From Halorutilales archaeon Cl-col2-1 (GTDB lineage: Archaea; Halobacteriota; Halobacteria; Halobacteriales; Afararchaeaceae): a DNA stretch of 64,000 nucleotides. Positions 40,087-50,971 of the stretch are shown piece after piece. Below the pieces are notes generated by a model, which searched no databases, had not been told where the DNA came from, and was given only the letters and a program-made list of their open reading frames with translations. Positions within the stretch are counted from its first letter, which is position 1; each line of letters begins with the position of its first letter. The translations under genes were made by a program, and so were the position numbers. Location: the NCBI GenBank assembly GCA_041891055.1, contig CP169074.1, forward strand, positions 224,001 to 288,000, read 5' to 3'.

Positions 40087-40878
40087 TTACAGGTCGAGCA
40101 CGTCGTCCATTCCGTAGAGACCCGGCTCCTGTCCGGCTAAGAAGACCGCGGCGTCGACCGCACCCGCTGCGAAGGCACGTCTCTCTCCGGCTCTGTGCTT
40201 TATTATGACCGACTCGCCCTCACCGGATATCAGAACCTCGTGTTCGCCGACTATCTCTCCAGCCCTGCGCGCGTGTACTCCTATCTCGTCGCTCCTCGGA
40301 GCCTCGCCCTCTCTTCCGTGGACGTGTTCGCGGTCTCCTATGCCGTTTTCTATCCTCTCTACCGTCGTGAGCGCGGTACCAGAGGGCGCGTCGACTTTGT
40401 GTCTGTGGTGGGTCTCTGTCACCTCGTAGTCGTACCCCGGGAGAAGCGACGCGGCTTCCTCGACTATCTCCCAGAAGGCATTCACCCCCGTCGCGAAGTT
40501 ACTCGACTGGAGCACGGGTATCTCGTCGGCGGCGTCTTCTATTTTCGACTCGGTCTCGTCGGTGAGACCCGTCGTACCCGTCACGAGAGGCGTACGTGTC
40601 GATAAGGCGGCTTCGACGAACCTCTGTGTCCCCTCGGGTGAGGTAAACTCTATAGCTACGTCGGCTTCGTCGAAAGCCTCCTCGGCTTCGTCGGGCGACA
40701 TTATCTCGACGCCGTGTTCACGTATCTCGTCCCCGACGCCGTTCCTGTCGACCGCGCCGATGAGTTCGACTGTGTTCCTCGTCTTTATGACGTCGAGTAT
40801 GAGCCGTCCCATACGTCCACGGACGCCCGCGACTGCGACCTTCGTCTCCGCCTCAGTCCCCGTCTCATCGTCAGTCAT
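40087..40878 (-). CDS. dapB: 4-hydroxy-tetrahydrodipicolinate reductase
   Basis: GRMG, GTTG, ETHHRHKVDAPSGTA. Confidence 0.95.
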   Translation of the reverse strand: MTDDETGTEAETKVAVAGVRGRMGRLILDVIKTRNTVELIGAVDRNGVGDEIREHGVEIMSPDEAEEAFDEADVAIEFTSPEGTQRFVEAALSTRTPLVTGTTGLTDETESKIEDAADEIPVLQSSNFATGVNAFWEIVEEAASLLPGYDYEVTETHHRHKVDAPSGTALTTVERIENGIGDREHVHGREGEAPRSDEIGVHARRAGEIVGEHEVLISGEGESVIIKHRAGERRAFAAGAVDAAVFLAGQEPGLYGMDDVLDL

Positions 40879-41749
40879 TCTCGAACTCCTCCACGGCGTC
40901 TCTGACGACTTCGGCGTTTTCGTCGCTTATGTCGTCGAGAGGGAGACGTAGACCCGACCCCGAGTAGCCGAGGACTTCCATCGCCTTCTTGACGGGTATC
41001 GGATTTGTCTCGACGAACATCGCGTCGAATACGGGAAGAAGCTCGTGGTGTAGGTCGCGCGCCTCGTCGTAGTTGCCCTCGTCACACGCCGAGACGAGGT
41101 CACACATAGCCTCGGGGAAGATATTGGCGACTACACTTATGACGCCTGAGCCACCGACGCTCATGAGAGGTAGGGTCATGGCGTCGTCTCCCGAGACTAC
41201 CTCGAACTCCTCGTCGCGCGTCCTTCTACACAGCTCGCTGATCTGGTTTATGTCTCCGCTCGCCTCCTTGATCCCGACTATGCTGGGATGGTGGGCGAGC
41301 TCTGCGACGACGTCGGTGGAGATGTTCTGACCCGTCCTACTCGGGACGTTGTAGAGTATCAGAGGTATATCCGTCTCGTCGGCAACCGTCTCGTAATGCT
41401 TCGTCAGACCCGAGTCGTTGGGCTTGTTGTAGTAAGGTGAGATGAGGAGGGCGGCGTCGGCACCCGCTTCCTCGGCGTGTTTGGTGAGTTCGAGTGCCTC
41501 GTGGGTCGAGTTCGACCCTGTGCCCGCTATGACGGGCTTGTCGGCGACCTTGACTGCGGTCTCTACGACCTTCTTGTGTTCTTCGTGGGTGAGTGTCGCA
41601 CTCTCTCCCGTCGATCCACACGGAACTATCCCGTCAACCCCCGCGTCCTCAAGTCTCTTTATATGTGACTCGTAGGCGTCGTAGTCGACGTTCCCCTCGT
41701 CGTCGAAGGGTGTAACTATCGCGGGGAAGACTCCTCGTGTGACATCCAT
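40871..41749 (-). CDS. dapA: 4-hydroxy-tetrahydrodipicolinate synthase
   Basis: GSTGES, PYYNKP, YNVPSRTG, GIKEASG, ETNPIPVK. Confidence 0.95.
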   Translation of the reverse strand: MDVTRGVFPAIVTPFDDEGNVDYDAYESHIKRLEDAGVDGIVPCGSTGESATLTHEEHKKVVETAVKVADKPVIAGTGSNSTHEALELTKHAEEAGADAALLISPYYNKPNDSGLTKHYETVADETDIPLILYNVPSRTGQNISTDVVAELAHHPSIVGIKEASGDINQISELCRRTRDEEFEVVSGDDAMTLPLMSVGGSGVISVVANIFPEAMCDLVSACDEGNYDEARDLHHELLPVFDAMFVETNPIPVKKAMEVLGYSGSGLRLPLDDISDENAEVVRDAVEEFEND

Positions 41750-41791
41750 GTCTGGTCTAAGGGCACGAGAGGTATAAGTTGGTTGTGGTGC

Positions 41792-42430
41792 TTACTTCTT
41801 CCTCAGGTACCACCACGCGAAGACGCCGAGTAGAACGACTACTCCCCCAGCGAAGAAGAGGACTCCCGGAGGAACCGTCTGTGACGCCTGCTGTGCTGTC
41901 TCAGCCCCCGCTTCTGTGGACTGTATTCCGAGCCCATCTCCTCCGGTGTCCTCCGTCCGTGGCGCAGGAGCCGAAGTCTGAGACTCGACTACCCACTGGA
42001 CACCGAGACTTACAGCGCCGAGTCCGAGTATGGCGGCGAATATACTTTTTAAGGCGTCCTTGATTCCCGATGTCGATGAGTCCTCCTCGCGCCCCACGAA
42101 GACTAAGAGTGGCTCCTCCGAGGGCGCGTATATACTCATCTCTCTGCCTTTCTCGGAGTACTTGGTGTCGGCGACACGGATCAGGTCGGCGTCCTCTAGC
42201 TTTCCGAGGTGGTAACGTGCGTTCTGCACCGTCGTGTCGGTCTCGGCGGCGATCTCCGACGGCGTAGATGGAGAGTCGTGTATCTCGGCGAGTATCTCAC
42301 GCGAGGTCTCCGACGAGAGTGCGTTTATGAGGGTGTCGGCGTCGTCACTGTCGACGCCCATGACACGCGGCTCTCCGTCCTGTTCTGACGACAGTTCGGT
42401 CTCAGACTCTGACCCGAATATGCTCGACAT
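41792..42430 (-). CDS. ArsR-family regulator with C-terminal TM segments
   Basis: ALSSETSREIL, QNARYHL.KL, YSEKGREM. Confidence 0.85.
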   Translation of the reverse strand: MSSIFGSESETELSSEQDGEPRVMGVDSDDADTLINALSSETSREILAEIHDSPSTPSEIAAETDTTVQNARYHLGKLEDADLIRVADTKYSEKGREMSIYAPSEEPLLVFVGREEDSSTSGIKDALKSIFAAILGLGAVSLGVQWVVESQTSAPAPRTEDTGGDGLGIQSTEAGAETAQQASQTVPPGVLFFAGGVVVLLGVFAWWYLRKK

Positions 42431-42571
42431 AGGACTTGAATCTCTTCGAATATTACGGAGTCAATCTTAAGAGTTTTACCGTAGGCAGAACGAAATTCTA
42501 CTGGGAATGACTGTCATACATACTTCTACGGATCGGGTACGTGTGCCCGCGAGGATTACACACGCACACGG

Positions 42572-45500
42572 ATGCAAGAACCAGACGGAGGCGGAGGTGG
42601 TTTCAACATGTCGTTGAACTCGGAGTTCGAGTCGTGTGGGCTCTACGACTCGTCACACGAACACGACAACTGCGGAGTTGGTGTCCTGATGAACCTCTCT
42701 GGCGAGAAGAGCCACGAGATAGTCGAGGACGCTCTCGAGATGCTCGAAAGCCTCGACCACAGAGGCGCGAGAGGCGCTGAGGAGAACACAGGGGACGGAT
42801 CGGGAATCCTGATACAGAAGCCCCACGGATTCTTCGAGTCGGAGGTCGAAGAGATCGAGGATCTTGGCTTCGACTCGTACGGCGTCGGACAGGTCTTCTT
42901 CCCCGACGACGAGGAGAAACAGCCCGAGCTACGTGATCTAATAGAAAACGCCGCCGAGGACGAGGGATTCGAGGTCTTCGCGTGGAGAAACGTACCGACC
43001 GACAACTCCGACCTCGGAGAGACTGCTTTAGAGTCGGAACCCGACGTCAAACAGTTCTTCGTACGTCCTCAGGAAGACGTCGACACGGACGAGATCGACT
43101 CGGGTCTCTACGTACTGAGACGTGTCATAGAGAACAGGGTCGAGGAGGAGAAACCTGCGGGCGAGGAACGTTTCTACATCTGCTCTCTCGACAGGAGAAA
43201 GGTCGTCTACAAGGGTCTTCTCACGAACGCCCAGGTCAGAAGCTACTACCGCGACCTATCCGACGGAGACGTGGTTTCAAGCCTCGCACTCGTCCACTCG
43301 CGTTTCTCGACCAACACGCTCGGAGCGTGGGAGCTCGCACACCCCTACCGTTCTATCGTACACAACGGCGAAATAAACACACTCAGGGGCAACTTCAACT
43401 GGATGAAGGCGCGCGAAGCCGACCTCGAGAGTCCGGCATTCGGCGACGACATAGACAAGCTCAAGCCCGTCACAGAGGAAGGACAGAGCGACACCGCGGT
43501 ACTCGACAATGTCCTCGAACTCCTCGTAGAGAGCGGGAGGTCGCTCCCCGAGAGCCTCAGGATGCTGATACCCGAGGCGTGGGACAAGGACGAGAGCATC
43601 GACGATGACAGAAAAGACTGGTATGACTACCACTCAAGCATAGTCGAGCCGTGGGACGGTCCCGCACTCGTCGCCTTCACCGACGGATACAGCGTGGGTG
43701 CGGTTCTCGACAGAAACGGTCTGAGACCGTGCAGGTACTACGTCACAGAGGACGACCGTCTCGTGATGGCGAGCGAAGCAGGTGTCCTCGACACTCCTCC
43801 CGAGGACGTAGAGGAGAAAGGCAGGCTCCAGCCCGGACAGATGTTCCTTGCGGATGCCGATGAGGGACGTATAATACCCGACGAAGAGGTCTTCGATGAC
43901 CTAACCGACGAGAAGTACTCCGACTGGCTCGATGAGAACCGCGTCAGCCTCGAGGGTCTTGTCGACGAGAAAGATCCCGTTCCAGAGTACGGTCTCGGAG
44001 AGTACGGCGACTACGACATATCGCGTTACCAGAGGACTTTCGGTTACAGCCTCGAACACGTTGAACGTCTGATACAGCCGATGGCTGAGGAAGGCAAAGA
44101 CCCCATAGGAGCTATGGGTAACGACACTCCGCCCTCAGTCCTCTCGGAGAGGAACAAGACGTTGTTCACCTACTTCAAACAGCTCTTCGCTCAGGTCACT
44201 AACCCGCCCCTCGATTACATACGTGAGGAGACTGTCACATCGCTGCGTAGTAACATAGGTCGGCAGAACAACATCTTAGGAGAGACTCCCGAACACTGCC
44301 GTCAGCTCACACTCGACTCTCCGGTTCTGAGGAACGAGGAGCTTGAGGCTGTAAAGCGAATAAACCAGAACGGAATCAAGTCGTACGAGATAGATGTCAC
44401 CTACGAGAAGGGCAAAGACCTCAGGAAGGCTGTCGAGGAGGTCAGACACGAGGCTGTGAGAGCGATTACCGACGGATACGAGCTACTCGTCCTCTCTGAC
44501 AGGAAGACGAGCGAGGACAGGGTTCCGATACCGAGCCTCCTCGTCACAGGTGCGGTACACCACCATCTGATACGTGAGGGTCTCAGAACACGTGTCGGTC
44601 TCGTGCTTGAGACGGGACAGCCGTGTGGAGTCCAGCATTTCTGTACTCTGATAGGCTACGGTGCCGACGCAGTCAACCCCTACCTCGCCTACGACACGAT
44701 ACATGACCTGATACTCGACGGCGACATAGAGTTCGACCCCGACGAGGCGATAGACAAGTACGTTCACGCCGTTGAGGACGGTCTCCTCAAGGTGATGTCT
44801 AAGATGGGTATCTCGACCCTCGAAAGCTACAAGGGAGCCCAGATATTCGAGGCTATAGGTCTCGACTCGGAGTTCGTCGACGAGTACTTCGAGGGCACGA
44901 CAGCGAGAACAGAGGGAATCGGAATCGAGGATCTCGAAGAAGACCTACTCGAACGCCACGAACTCGGCTTCGGCGAGACGGTCGAGGGCAACTTAGAGCT
45001 CGAACAGGGAGGCGAGTTCTACTGGAGACGTGACGGCGAGTTCCACCAGTGGAACCCACAGACGATAGGAAAGCTCCAACACGCCGCACAGTCGGACGAC
45101 TACGAGACCTACAAGGAGTTCTCGTCGATAATCAACCAACAGGAGGAGAACCTCCAGACCCTACGCGGTCTCTTAGAGTTCGACACCGAGAACTCCGACT
45201 CGATACCCATAGAGGAGGTCGAGCCCGTCGAGGAGATCTGTAAGAGGTTCTTCTCGTCGTCGATGTCGTTCGGATCTCTGTCGAAGGAGGTTCACGAGAC
45301 GCTCGCGATAGCGATGAACCGGATAGGCGGAAAAGCAGGATCGGGTGAGGGAGGAGAGCCCGTCGAGAGGTTCAACACCGAGAAGGAGTGTAAGCTCAAG
45401 CAGGTTGCGAGCGGACGGTTCGGCGTGACATCGAACTACCTCAAGAACGCCGAGGGGATCGAGATTAAGATGGCTCAGGGATCGAAGCCCGGAGAGGGCG

Positions 45501-47161
45501 GACATCTCCCCGGCGGTAAGGTCAACGAGACGATAGCTGAGACGAGGTACACGACTCCGGGAGTCGACCTAATATCGCCGCCGCCCCACCACGACATCTA
45601 CTCGATAGAGGATCTCGCACAGCTCATACACGACCTCAAGTGCTCGAACACCGACGCCGATGTCCACGTCAAGCTCGTCTCCGAAGCGGGGATAGGAACC
45701 ATCGCCGCGGGAGTCTCGAAGGCGAAGGCTGATGCCCTCCTCATAAGCGGAGAGTCGGGAGGCACAGGAGCCTCGCCGAAGACGAGTATAAAGAGCGCGG
45801 GACTACCCTGGGAGCTCGGCTTAGCTGAGGCGAACCAGGTTCTCCTCGCAAATGACCTGAGATCACGTATAAAGCTACGTGTCGACGGAGGAATGAAGAC
45901 GGGACGTGACATAGCCGTCGCCGCGCTCTTAGGCGCGGAGGAGTACGGCTTCGGAACCGCTCCCCTCATCACGTGTGGCTGTGTGATGCTCAGGAAGTGC
46001 CACGCCAACACGTGTTCGGTCGGAGTTGCGACACAGGATCCTGACCTGCGTGACAGATTCCCCGGAAGACCCGAGTTCGTCGTCAACTACATGAGGTTCA
46101 TGGCTCAGGAGGTACGTGAGATAATGGCGGATCTCGGCTTCAAGACGATGGAGGAGATGATCGGAAGCGTCGACAAGCTCAAACACAACAACGACGTCGA
46201 GCATCCCAAGGCTCAGAAGGTCGACCTCTCACAGGTTCTCGAACTCCCTGAGTCGGAAGACGAGAAGACAAAGACGGTCGAACAGAACCACAAGATCGAC
46301 GAGAAGCTCGACAACGAGCTCATAGAGGAAGCAAAGCCCGCACTCGAAGACGGAGAGAGTGTCGAGATAGAGAGGAAGATCGAAAACAGGAACAGGACTC
46401 TCGGCACTATGCTGAGTGCCGAAGTCGCCGAGAGGTACGGAGACGACGGACTCCCCGACGACACCATAAAGCTAGACCTCGAAGGCTCGGCGGGACAGAG
46501 CCTCGGTGCGTTCCTCTCACACGGAATGACCATAGACCTCGATGGCGACGCCAACGACTACCTTGGAAAAGGTCTCTCAGGCGGAAAGATAATCGTACGT
46601 ACGCCCGACGAGGCAGAGTACGAGGCTGACGACAACATACTCATAGGAAACGTCGCACTCTACGGCGCGACGAGAGGAGAAGCCTACTTCAACGGAGTCG
46701 CGGGAGAGAGATTCGCCGTCAGAAACTCGGGAGTCAAGACAGTCGTCGAAGGAGTCGGAGACCACGGCTGTGAGTACATGACCGGCGGTATTGCGGTCAT
46801 ACTCGGCGAGACGGGCAAGAACTTCGGCGCAGGAATGAGCGGCGGAGAAGCCTACGTCCTCGACGAGTCGGGCGACTTCGAGTCGAAGGTCAACAAGGGA
46901 ATGGTACATATAGACGAGTTCGACGACAGAGACGAGCACATGGTCAAGCGCATGGTCGAGAACCACCACAGGTACACGGGGAGCGAGAAGGCACGCGAGA
47001 TACTCGACAACTGGGACGAGTACGTCGACTCCTTCGTCAAGGTGATGCCCGACCCCTATGCCGACGCGATAGAGGAGCGTCTCGAGGAGGGCGAAGACAT
47101 ACGTGTCTCGCCACCTCCGAAGCCTCCTCAGACAGCCGAGAGAGGACGAGGTGATGACTGA
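42572..47161 (+). CDS. gltB: Glutamate synthase large subunit (start may be 42608)
   Basis: CGVG, HSRFSTNT, EPWDGP, QGSKPGEGG, C-x5-C-x4-C, GCEYMTGG. Confidence 0.97.
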   Translation: MQEPDGGGGGFNMSLNSEFESCGLYDSSHEHDNCGVGVLMNLSGEKSHEIVEDALEMLESLDHRGARGAEENTGDGSGILIQKPHGFFESEVEEIEDLGFDSYGVGQVFFPDDEEKQPELRDLIENAAEDEGFEVFAWRNVPTDNSDLGETALESEPDVKQFFVRPQEDVDTDEIDSGLYVLRRVIENRVEEEKPAGEERFYICSLDRRKVVYKGLLTNAQVRSYYRDLSDGDVVSSLALVHSRFSTNTLGAWELAHPYRSIVHNGEINTLRGNFNWMKAREADLESPAFGDDIDKLKPVTEEGQSDTAVLDNVLELLVESGRSLPESLRMLIPEAWDKDESIDDDRKDWYDYHSSIVEPWDGPALVAFTDGYSVGAVLDRNGLRPCRYYVTEDDRLVMASEAGVLDTPPEDVEEKGRLQPGQMFLADADEGRIIPDEEVFDDLTDEKYSDWLDENRVSLEGLVDEKDPVPEYGLGEYGDYDISRYQRTFGYSLEHVERLIQPMAEEGKDPIGAMGNDTPPSVLSERNKTLFTYFKQLFAQVTNPPLDYIREETVTSLRSNIGRQNNILGETPEHCRQLTLDSPVLRNEELEAVKRINQNGIKSYEIDVTYEKGKDLRKAVEEVRHEAVRAITDGYELLVLSDRKTSEDRVPIPSLLVTGAVHHHLIREGLRTRVGLVLETGQPCGVQHFCTLIGYGADAVNPYLAYDTIHDLILDGDIEFDPDEAIDKYVHAVEDGLLKVMSKMGISTLESYKGAQIFEAIGLDSEFVDEYFEGTTARTEGIGIEDLEEDLLERHELGFGETVEGNLELEQGGEFYWRRDGEFHQWNPQTIGKLQHAAQSDDYETYKEFSSIINQQEENLQTLRGLLEFDTENSDSIPIEEVEPVEEICKRFFSSSMSFGSLSKEVHETLAIAMNRIGGKAGSGEGGEPVERFNTEKECKLKQVASGRFGVTSNYLKNAEGIEIKMAQGSKPGEGGHLPGGKVNETIAETRYTTPGVDLISPPPHHDIYSIEDLAQLIHDLKCSNTDADVHVKLVSEAGIGTIAAGVSKAKADALLISGESGGTGASPKTSIKSAGLPWELGLAEANQVLLANDLRSRIKLRVDGGMKTGRDIAVAALLGAEEYGFGTAPLITCGCVMLRKCHANTCSVGVATQDPDLRDRFPGRPEFVVNYMRFMAQEVREIMADLGFKTMEEMIGSVDKLKHNNDVEHPKAQKVDLSQVLELPESEDEKTKTVEQNHKIDEKLDNELIEEAKPALEDGESVEIERKIENRNRTLGTMLSAEVAERYGDDGLPDDTIKLDLEGSAGQSLGAFLSHGMTIDLDGDANDYLGKGLSGGKIIVRTPDEAEYEADDNILIGNVALYGATRGEAYFNGVAGERFAVRNSGVKTVVEGVGDHGCEYMTGGIAVILGETGKNFGAGMSGGEAYVLDESGDFESKVNKGMVHIDEFDDRDEHMVKRMVENHHRYTGSEKAREILDNWDEYVDSFVKVMPDPYADAIEERLEEGEDIRVSPPPKPPQTAERGRGDD

Positions 47162-48642
47162 TGACTGAAAGACATCCGGATGGATACCAGAGACACAGCC
47201 GGAAGCCGATAGGCAAACGCGACTCCGAAGAGAGAAAAGACGACTACGACGAGGTCTGGGACACCGACTGGGACGAGGACGAGTTGGACGACCAGGGTGA
47301 GAGATGTATGGACTGTGGAGTCCCGACGTGTATGGGAGGCTGTCCCCTCGGGAACATAATCCCCGACTGGAACGACCTCGTGTACAGAGACGACTGGGAG
47401 GAGGCTCTCGAAAGGCTCCACGCCACCAACAACTTCCCCGAGTTCACGGGATACGTCTGTCCCGCGCCGTGTGAGGACGCGTGTACGCTCGCTTACAACG
47501 ACGACGCTGTCACGATAAAGAGCATAGAGCGTGCGATCTCCGACAAGGGCTGGGAGGAAGGCTGGATAGAGCCGAAGCCACCCGAGAAACGCACCGACTA
47601 CGAGGTTGCGGTAGTCGGAAGCGGACCCGCGGGACTCGCCGCCGCACAGCAGTTAAACAGGGCGGGACACAACGTCACCGTCTTTGAGAGAGACGACGAG
47701 ATAGGCGGTCTGATGACCTACGGAATTCCCGACTTTAAGTTCGACAAGGACAGGGTCGCGAGACGTGTCGACCAGCTAAGAGAGGAGGGCATAGAGCTCA
47801 AGACGAACGCTGGTGTCGGAGAAGACGTCGAACCCGAGGAACTAGTCGAGGGATACGACGCATCGTGTATAGCCGTCGGAGCCCAGAAACACCGTGACAT
47901 AACACTACCCGGACGTGCCCTCGACGGCATCCATTTCGCTATGGATTTCCTCACCGACGAGAACAGGAGACAGGCGGGCAAGGAAGCCAAAAACGGCATA
48001 GACGCCGAGGGCAAAAACGTCGTCGTGATGGGTGGCGGAGACACGGGTGCCGACTGTGTAGCTACCGCCCACAGACAGGGAGCCGAACAGGTAGTCCAGA
48101 TAGGCATAAACAAGAAGCCGCCGAAGGAGAGACCCAAGGACAACCCCTGGCCCGAACAGAAGCTCACCTACAAGAAGACCTACGCACAGGAGGAAGACGG
48201 AGTCGAGGAGTTCAGCGTCAACACGACTGGATTCGTCGACGACGACGGAGACGGCGAGGTCGACTACCTCGAAGCCGAGAGGGTCGAGTGGGAGTACGAC
48301 GACGACGGAAACCGCGTCGACAAGGAGGTCATAGACCCCGACCTCGAAATTCCCGCCGACATCGTCCTGATAGCCATAGGATTCACGGGTCCCGACAGTA
48401 ACCCGTTCGACGAGATCGGCGTTGAGATAGGCGATGATGGAACCTTCAAGACGGACGACTCGATGATGACGACCGCCGACGGCGTCTTCGCCGCCGGAGA
48501 CGCCAACATGGGAGCCTCGCTCGTCGTCTGGGCGATAGCCGACGGCAGGGACGCCGCGAGGGAGATAGACGAGTACCTCACCGGAGACACGAATCTGCCC
48601 GAGAGCCTCAGGACGCAGAACGAGCCTCTCAACCGGATGTAG
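47161..48642 (+). CDS. gltD: Glutamate synthase small subunit
   Basis: RCMDCGVPTC...CP, NNFPEFTG, GSGPAG, GGGDTGADC, SLVVWAI. Confidence 0.95.
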   Translation: MTERHPDGYQRHSRKPIGKRDSEERKDDYDEVWDTDWDEDELDDQGERCMDCGVPTCMGGCPLGNIIPDWNDLVYRDDWEEALERLHATNNFPEFTGYVCPAPCEDACTLAYNDDAVTIKSIERAISDKGWEEGWIEPKPPEKRTDYEVAVVGSGPAGLAAAQQLNRAGHNVTVFERDDEIGGLMTYGIPDFKFDKDRVARRVDQLREEGIELKTNAGVGEDVEPEELVEGYDASCIAVGAQKHRDITLPGRALDGIHFAMDFLTDENRRQAGKEAKNGIDAEGKNVVVMGGGDTGADCVATAHRQGAEQVVQIGINKKPPKERPKDNPWPEQKLTYKKTYAQEEDGVEEFSVNTTGFVDDDGDGEVDYLEAERVEWEYDDDGNRVDKEVIDPDLEIPADIVLIAIGFTGPDSNPFDEIGVEIGDDGTFKTDDSMMTTADGVFAAGDANMGASLVVWAIADGRDAAREIDEYLTGDTNLPESLRTQNEPLNRM

Positions 48643-48658
48643 CTAACTAAGTCTGTTC

Positions 48659-49141
48659 TTATTCGTCTTCGCCACTTGTTGCGTCTTTTTCAAGTCTAAC
48701 TACCCTTATGCCGTCTTTCTGCTTGTCTCTCACCTTCTCGAAGCCCTTCGACTCGAAGAACCCGACCGAGTTGAGAGGTGCTTCGGCTGTGATGGAGCCG
48801 TCGTCGTCAGCTATCTCCTCGAACCTCTCAAGTACACGGCTCGCACAGCCGCAGTTCGAGTGGTTGGGCGAGGTGTAGAGACCCTCAACTCGAGTTTGGG
48901 TCTCCGAAGATTCGGCAAGCACGCCGAAACAGACGGGCGTGAGGTCGGTCTCGGCGACTAAGACTACCGAAGACTCTGACTCTATCCTGTCACGAAGCGA
49001 GTCGGAGTCGTGTTCGATCAGGCGTGAGAAGACCGACCTGTCGTACTCGTCGACACGGCTGAATCCTCTTTCGAGAGACTGCTGTCGTATTATCTCAAGA
49101 CTGGGGACGTCAGAAAGTTCGGCTTCACGTAGCTCTAGCAT
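48659..49141 (-). CDS. GNAT acetyltransferase
   Basis: LREA, LYTSP...G, FFE..GF. Confidence 0.75.
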   Translation of the reverse strand: MLELREAELSDVPSLEIIRQQSLERGFSRVDEYDRSVFSRLIEHDSDSLRDRIESESSVVLVAETDLTPVCFGVLAESSETQTRVEGLYTSPNHSNCGCASRVLERFEEIADDDGSITAEAPLNSVGFFESKGFEKVRDKQKDGIRVVRLEKDATSGEDE

Positions 49142-49316
49142 TGCCGTATATTCGAGACGCCGAGAATTATGCGTAACGGAGACAACCGGAGACCGGTGAC
49201 GTTCATCTCACACCTAAGTGGACTTTCGCCTGTGTCGTATAAGAAGACACATCACCGTTATTACCACTCGGTAACATCCGACAGTCTTAAGCCATCCCGG
49301 AGACATCTAAGACTGT

Positions 49317-50336
49317 ATGTCAAGTCTTCTCACAGACGACTTCGGTCGTGAGGTCACCGACATACGTATATCACTCACCGACCGATGTAACTTCGACTGT
49401 TTCTACTGCCACAACGAGGGGTTGGGGGACACGAGGGGTCCTAGAGAGCCACAGGAGAACGAGATGTCGACCGCCGAGGTTCTACGTATAGCACGTGTCG
49501 CACACGAGTTCGGGATACGCAACTTCAAGATAACGGGTGGGGAGCCGATGCTCAGAGACGACTTGGAGGAGATCGTCGGCGGTATAGCCGACCTCGAAGG
49601 AACCGAGGTCAGTATGACGACGAACGGTACGTTTCTCGCGGGTCGCGCTGAGGGACTCGCCGAGAGAGGTCTCGAACGCATAAACGTCTCTATGGACACC
49701 AACGACCCCGAGGAGTTCAGAGACGTCACCAAGGGAGGAATAGAGAGGGTCTACGACGGAATAGACGCCGCTCTTGACGCGGGTCTCGCACCCGTGAAGC
49801 TCAACATGGTGATGGCGAAGCCGATGCGTCCGTACCTCGACGACATGATAGAGTACGTCACCGACAACGACGGTCTGCGTCTCCAGATAATCGAGTACAT
49901 GCCCGAGATAGCCGGAATGCCCGAATTCCACGTCGAGATAGACGAGATCAAGTCCCTCCTCGCACGGAGAGCCGACGGAGTCACGACGCGCGAGATACAC
50001 AACAGATCACGGTACGAGATAGACGGAACAGTCGTCGAGGTCGTCGATCCCGTCGAGAACCCCGAGTTCTGCGCCAACTGCCACCGTATACGTGTCACAC
50101 ACTCGGGCGGTCTCAAGGGCTGTCTCAACAGGAACGACGATGTTGTCTCGACCCTTGGAGCTACCGACGACGAGCTCAGAGATAAGTTCAGAAAGGTCGT
50201 CGCCGACCGTGTCCCCTACTACGGCGAGTACATGGTAAAAGACGACGACGGAAACTGGGTCAAGAACCCCGAGTACGAGGATGATGACGCCGAGGCTGAC
50301 ACCGACGACATACTTAAGCTTCCGGTCATAAACTAA
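49317..50336 (+). CDS. moaA: GTP 3',8-cyclase
   Basis: RISLTDRCNFDCFYCHNEG, TGGEP, FCANCHRIR..LKGCL. Confidence 0.95.
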   Translation: MSSLLTDDFGREVTDIRISLTDRCNFDCFYCHNEGLGDTRGPREPQENEMSTAEVLRIARVAHEFGIRNFKITGGEPMLRDDLEEIVGGIADLEGTEVSMTTNGTFLAGRAEGLAERGLERINVSMDTNDPEEFRDVTKGGIERVYDGIDAALDAGLAPVKLNMVMAKPMRPYLDDMIEYVTDNDGLRLQIIEYMPEIAGMPEFHVEIDEIKSLLARRADGVTTREIHNRSRYEIDGTVVEVVDPVENPEFCANCHRIRVTHSGGLKGCLNRNDDVVSTLGATDDELRDKFRKVVADRVPYYGEYMVKDDDGNWVKNPEYEDDDAEADTDDILKLPVIN

Positions 50337-50340
50337 CTCT

Positions 50341-50901
50341 ATGCGACTCTTCGTGTCAGTCGACCTTCCCGAGAAGCTTGAGGATGCCCTCAGAGATCTT
50401 CAGTCTGATCTCAGAGAGACGGGAGCCGACCTCAGCTTCGTCGATCCAGAGAAGGCACATATCACGATGAAGTTTCTTGGAGACACTGACCCAGACAGGC
50501 TCGACGAAATCAGGCAAATACTCGACGACGCGACCGAGGGATTCTCGTCCTTCGAGGCGACTGTCGAGGGTACCGGCGTCTTCCCGAGCCGTGACTTCAT
50601 AAAGGTAGTCTGGGCTGGTGTCTCGGAGGGGTCGGGGACTCTCACCCGTATACAAGACGAGATCGAGACGGGCTTTGTCTCGGCTGGCTTCGAGGAGGAA
50701 GACCATGATTTCACGCCACATATAACCCTCGCCAGGGTGCAGTCGGGGAAGTCGAAGAGCCAGATACAGTCCTTCGTCGACTCGACACAGGGACGTTCAC
50801 TCGGAAGATTCACAGTCGACTCGGTCAGCCTCACAAAGAGCGAGCTACGTCCTGAGGGTCCAGTCTACGAGACTCTCTACGAGGCGAGACTGGAGTCGTA
50901 G
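50341..50901 (+). CDS. thpR: RNA 2',3'-cyclic phosphodiesterase (2H family)
   Basis: MRLFV, HITMKF and PHITLAR 2H motifs, GPVY. Confidence 0.92.
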   Translation: MRLFVSVDLPEKLEDALRDLQSDLRETGADLSFVDPEKAHITMKFLGDTDPDRLDEIRQILDDATEGFSSFEATVEGTGVFPSRDFIKVVWAGVSEGSGTLTRIQDEIETGFVSAGFEEEDHDFTPHITLARVQSGKSKSQIQSFVDSTQGRSLGRFTVDSVSLTKSELRPEGPVYETLYEARLES

Positions 50902-50971
50902 ACGGAGTAGCTTTTTTCGGCATCTGAAAAGAGTAGCAGACTTTATATGATTCTAGAGACACTCAACTCAT

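Noticed and set aside
39219-41749. Incomplete DAP pathway (no dapD/lysA)
   Set aside because: The missing genes may lie outside the window.
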